Below, one piece after another: positions 60,612 to 64,000 of a stretch of DNA of 64,000 bases. How positions within the stretch are numbered: position 1 is the first letter of the stretch; the number at the start of each line of letters is the position of its first letter. Under the pieces are notes generated by a model. It did not search any database and had not been told where the DNA came from. It saw only the letters and a list, made by a program, of their open reading frames with translations. The position numbers were made by a program, and so were the translations under genes. The DNA is from Candidatus Hadarchaeales archaeon (GTDB taxonomy: Archaea; Hadarchaeota; Hadarchaeia; Hadarchaeales; WYZ-LMO6). Location: the NCBI GenBank assembly GCA_038851755.1, contig JAWCKR010000001.1, positions 32,001-96,000 on the forward strand, in the 5' to 3' direction.

Positions 60612-61534
60612 CGGCCCATCTCCTCCAGGACCCTCCTGGCCAGCCTCCTCCTCTCCGCCAGATTCCTCATCCAGAGGTTGGCCAGATGCACCCTCATCCC
60701 CACCTCCTCCACGGAGGGAGCGAACTCCCTGTCCGAGAGGTGCAGGAAGAAGTGCCCTGCCACCTCCCTGTAGTACTCGGCCACCCCCCTGGGGCTCACC
60801 TCGAACCCCAGGGCCTCCATCAACTTCCCCGCGGGACCGCTCACCGGGGCCCTCCCCAGAATGGGACTCACCACCCCCACCTCCTCCTTCCTCCTCCTCA
60901 GCTCCTCCCGGATCTTCCTGAGGGAGAGGATGGGCCCTATGCTGGTCACGGGGTTGCTGGGCCCTATCAGCACGAAGTCGCTCTCCCTGAGCGCGCGCAG
61001 AACCCCGGGGGCGGGCTCAGCCTCCTCAGAACCCCTGAACCTCACCCCCCTGACCCTCTCCCTCCCCCCTCGACCCACCCAGAACTCCTGGAAATGCACC
61101 CAGCCCCGGGGGGTGAGGATTTCCGTGACCACCCTGTCGTCCGTCATGGGCAGGACCCTGGCCCTCACCCCCCATCTCCTGCAGAGCTCGGAGGTGAACC
61201 GGGAGAGCCTCTTCCCCCTCCTGAGCTCCAGGGTCCTGAGAAGGCAGGTCGCCCTGTCCCTGTCCCCCAGCCTGAGGAGCTCCTTCACCCCCAGTTCCCG
61301 CAGGGCGAGGTGGGTCTCAAAGGTGTCGCCCCTTATCCCCCACCAGGTCTCCTCGTTGATGAGACCGGAAAGGGTGTAGACCACGGCATCCAGGTCGGGG
61401 GAAACGTGCAGACCCGACACCTCCACGTCGTCTCCGGTGTTGACCACCACGCACAGCTCATCCTCCTCCACCTCCCTCACCATCCCCTGCAGGAGCTTCG
61501 GGGTGCCCGTGCCCCCGGAAAGGAGGGCGATCAT
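60593..61534 (-). CDS. cofD: 2-phospho-L-lactate transferase
   Basis: LSGGTGTPKL, VNTGDD, PDLD, LGDRDRAT, PSNPVTSIGPI, SGPAGKLM. Confidence 0.93.
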   Translation of the reverse strand: MIALLSGGTGTPKLLQGMVREVEEDELCVVVNTGDDVEVSGLHVSPDLDAVVYTLSGLINEETWWGIRGDTFETHLALRELGVKELLRLGDRDRATCLLRTLELRRGKRLSRFTSELCRRWGVRARVLPMTDDRVVTEILTPRGWVHFQEFWVGRGGRERVRGVRFRGSEEAEPAPGVLRALRESDFVLIGPSNPVTSIGPILSLRKIREELRRRKEEVGVVSPILGRAPVSGPAGKLMEALGFEVSPRGVAEYYREVAGHFFLHLSDREFAPSVEEVGMRVHLANLWMRNLAERRRLARRVLEEMGRQSRSS

Positions 61535-61605
61535 CTCCCCAGCTCCCCCTCCCCCCTAAAAAGGGTGGGCTTTTTTTCTTCCCCCTCCAGGTATCGGGGA
61601 CCTGG

Positions 61606-62229
61606 ATGAGGGTAAAGGCTGTGCTCTTCGACCTGGACGGGGTGCTGGTGGACTCCCTAGACGTCTGGTACAGGTCGATGAACGAGACCCTGAGCAAGTT
61701 CGGAAGGGAGAGGGTGGGGAAGGGGGAGTACCTCAAGAGGTACTGGGGCTTCAGCCTCTCCAAGAACTTCGAGAGGCTGGGGCTGGGAAGGGAAGCCGTG
61801 GACTACTGCCTCTCCCGATACGAGCACCACCTGGAAGAGATCCAACCTTTCCCCGAAACGAGGGAGGTGCTGGAAGAACTCAGGAGGAGGAGGTTCAAGC
61901 TGGCCCTCGTCACCAACACCCCCTCCCGCATGGTGCAGCGCCTCCTCTCCAAACTGAACCTGAGGGAGTTCTTTCACGCCGTCATCACGGGGGACGATGT
62001 GAGGAAGGCCAAGCCACATCCAGACGCCGTGAGAAAGGCCTGCCGCCAGCTGGAGGTCCCTCCGGAGCAGGCTGTGCTGGTGGGGGACACCAGAAGCGAC
62101 GTGCTGGCGGGAAGGAGCGCCAAAGTGGTGGTGGTGGGAGTGGGGGTGGAGGGAGATGTCAGGATCGAGAACCTGAGAGACCTCCTCCTCTTCCTGAGGA
62201 CCTCAGGAGAAGAGGTCCTTCTCCCTTGA
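61606..62229 (+). CDS. HAD-superfamily phosphatase
   Basis: FDLDGVLVDS, VTN, KPHPD, VGDTRSD. Confidence 0.9.
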   Translation: MRVKAVLFDLDGVLVDSLDVWYRSMNETLSKFGRERVGKGEYLKRYWGFSLSKNFERLGLGREAVDYCLSRYEHHLEEIQPFPETREVLEELRRRRFKLALVTNTPSRMVQRLLSKLNLREFFHAVITGDDVRKAKPHPDAVRKACRQLEVPPEQAVLVGDTRSDVLAGRSAKVVVVGVGVEGDVRIENLRDLLLFLRTSGEEVLLP

Positions 62230-62961
62230 CCTCACCAGCTCCCTGGCTCTCCCCTTTCCCTTCTCGTAGACCGCTCCCCTCACCAGCACCACCGGGGTAC
62301 CCTCCCCCGCCTCGCCCATCATCAGAACGGCCGCGGCCGCCAGGGCATCGGCCTGGGCCAGCACCGTGACCTTCAGCTCCTTCCCGTACAGGTCCCTTCT
62401 TCCCCTGAGGTCGAGCAGGGGTTTCATTCCCGCCACACCTATGGCCACGCCCAGGCACCCCGTCCTGAAGGCCCTGCCCTGGGTGTCGGAGATGATCACG
62501 GCCACCTCCACTCCCAGTTCCTCCCTGATCCTCCTCCTGATCTTCTCGGCGCTACCGTCGGGGTCCCGTGGGAGGAGGGTCACATGGTCCTTCTCCACGT
62601 TGGAGTGATCCACCCCGGCGTTGGCGCACACGAAGCCGTGCTCCGTTCTTGTGATGAGCACGTGAGAGGACCTCAGGATTTCCCTGGCCTCCCTGAGGAT
62701 CACCTCCACCTCCCTGGCGTCCTTCTCCAGACGCGAGGCCAGCCTCTTCGCCGCTTCTGAGGGCCTGATCCTTCTGAGGTCCACGACCGCACCCTCCGCC
62801 TTGGAGACTATGGACTGGGCAACCACGAGCACGTCCCCGGATTGGAGGGAGAGCCCCTGGGAGCGAAGGGCCTTCACCACCAGCTCCCCTATGTCGTCCC
62901 CCTTCTTCACCATGGGAAAACCGGGGAGGGGGATCACCTCCATCCTGGAGAGTTCGGGCAT
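62203..62961 (-). CDS. cofE: F420-0:L-glutamate ligase (canonical type)
   Basis: IVSKAEG, GFVCANAGVDHSN, LLPRDPD, SDTQGRAFR, MGEAGEGTP. Confidence 0.92.
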   Translation of the reverse strand: MPELSRMEVIPLPGFPMVKKGDDIGELVVKALRSQGLSLQSGDVLVVAQSIVSKAEGAVVDLRRIRPSEAAKRLASRLEKDAREVEVILREAREILRSSHVLITRTEHGFVCANAGVDHSNVEKDHVTLLPRDPDGSAEKIRRRIREELGVEVAVIISDTQGRAFRTGCLGVAIGVAGMKPLLDLRGRRDLYGKELKVTVLAQADALAAAAVLMMGEAGEGTPVVLVRGAVYEKGKGRARELVRSREKDLFS

Positions 62962-63043
62962 CCTAGCAGTTTCCCACACCGGGATTTTATACCCGGCTTA
63001 GAACCCGAACACCTTCATAAGGGGGGAGAACCACTTCTCACCC

Positions 63044-63811
63044 GTGGAAGTGAGGCTGATAGGCATCAGGACACCCCTGGTGAGGCCGGGGGACCATCTC
63101 CCCAGCCTGCTCCTGAAGACCCTGAGGAAGGCGGGGGGGCTGAGGAACGGCGACATCCTGGTCCTCTCCTCCAAGGTGGTGGCCGTCTCCCAGGGAAGGA
63201 TGGTGAAGCTCTCGGAAGTCAGGCCCAGCGCCAGAGCCCTGCGCCTCTCCAGGAAGGCCGGCCTGGACCCCTCCTTCGTGGAAGTGGTGCTGAGGGAGGC
63301 TGACGCGGTGCTCGGAGTCTCCAGGGGGGCCCTCCTCACCCTGGTGAAGGGTCTCCTCTGCGCCAACGCGGGGGCGGACCTCTCCAACGCCCCACCCGGT
63401 TACGCCATCCTCCTCCCCTCCGAACCGCAGCGGTTCGCGGAGGGGCTGAGGGAATACCTCAGGAAAGAGGAGGGGGTGGAGGTGGGAATAGTCCTCTCCG
63501 ACAGCACGGTGCGACCCCTCAGGCTGGGAACGGTGGGGCAGGCGGTGGGAATCTCCGGGGTGCCGGGGGCTCTCGACTGCCGGGGAAGGCGTGACCTCTT
63601 CGGCAGGAGGCTGAGGGTGACGAGAAGGGCCATCGCCGATCAGCTGGCCACGGCCGGTGAACTCCTGATGGGGGAGGCGGGGGAGAGGATTCCCCTAGTG
63701 GTGGTGAGGGGCCTCAGGATAAGGGGCAAAGGTGTGGGCACTCCTGCAGTGAAACCGGAGGAGTGTCTTTACTCCCAGCTGCTGGCGGGGAAGATCAGGA
63801 GGAGCGGCTGA
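63044..63811 (+). CDS. Second, divergent CofE-family glutamyl ligase
   Basis: SSKVVAVSQG, ANAGADLSN, SDSTVRPLRLG, DLFGRRL, MGEAGERIP. Confidence 0.85.
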   Translation: MEVRLIGIRTPLVRPGDHLPSLLLKTLRKAGGLRNGDILVLSSKVVAVSQGRMVKLSEVRPSARALRLSRKAGLDPSFVEVVLREADAVLGVSRGALLTLVKGLLCANAGADLSNAPPGYAILLPSEPQRFAEGLREYLRKEEGVEVGIVLSDSTVRPLRLGTVGQAVGISGVPGALDCRGRRDLFGRRLRVTRRAIADQLATAGELLMGEAGERIPLVVVRGLRIRGKGVGTPAVKPEECLYSQLLAGKIRRSG

Positions 63812-64000
63812 GGGGCTTCAGCTCAACGCCCCTCCTGTCGGAATGTACCTCAAAGCAAACCTCTTCCAGCAGGGTCCCGGAGAGCTTCTCGCACACCATC
63901 AGTTCCCTCCCTCCCGGGGAGGGCTCCTTGCGGAAGCTTATGATTCCGTCCGCCTTGGAGAGGATGTTGGCCTCGAAGGAGGGGTCCAGGGTCCCGGGAA
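63795..64000 (-). CDS. C-terminus of a probable KaiC/RAD55-like ATPase-fold protein (partial)
   Basis: Open frame from the window edge: ...ANILSKADGIISFRK...LMVCEKLSG...FEVHSDRRGVEL...; resembles RecA-superfamily C-termini. Confidence 0.45.
   Translation of the reverse strand, partial: PGTLDPSFEANILSKADGIISFRKEPSPGGRELMVCEKLSGTLLEEVCFEVHSDRRGVELKPLSRSS

Overview
GC-rich archaeal chromosome segment. Archaeal origin is shown by the RNA polymerase cluster (split A'/A'', unsplit B), aEF-1alpha, L30e and ether-lipid enzymes. A Hadarchaeota-like thermophilic anaerobe is plausible but is only an inference. In order, the window holds: (1) the 3' part of a class III ribonucleotide reductase gene (nrdD) with two LAGLIDADG inteins at or beside its catalytic cysteines; (2) a translationally coupled minus-strand operon of two 2-hydroxyacyl-CoA dehydratase/benzoyl-CoA reductase-like Fe-S subunits, a small Cys-rich protein, two different ATP-dependent activases, an ACS/CdhC-like protein and a CooC-type ATPase; (3) a divergent saccharopine dehydrogenase-like gene, form IV RuBisCO-like protein and FGGY kinase; (4) archease, K+ channel, DUF1464, DUF192, thi4, an M23-like exported protein and tRNA-Ser; (5) a PadR-ABC exporter unit with a visible operator; (6) the tRNA-Lys-rpoHBA'A''-L30e-nusA-S12-S7-EF1a-S10 superoperon, with no EF-2 and an S10 carrying a diverged 21-aa internal duplication; (7) a purine cluster with folD and bacterial-type purH; (8) a CoA transferase and guaB; (9) a compact tetraether-lipid cluster (DGGGPS, Tes, GGR, GGGPS, G1PDH); (10) hflX, a surface transglutaminase-like protein and trpB2; (11) an F420 cluster with two divergent cofE paralogues. 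No CRISPR array, rRNA or transposase was seen. All calls come from motif recognition; no database searches were run.
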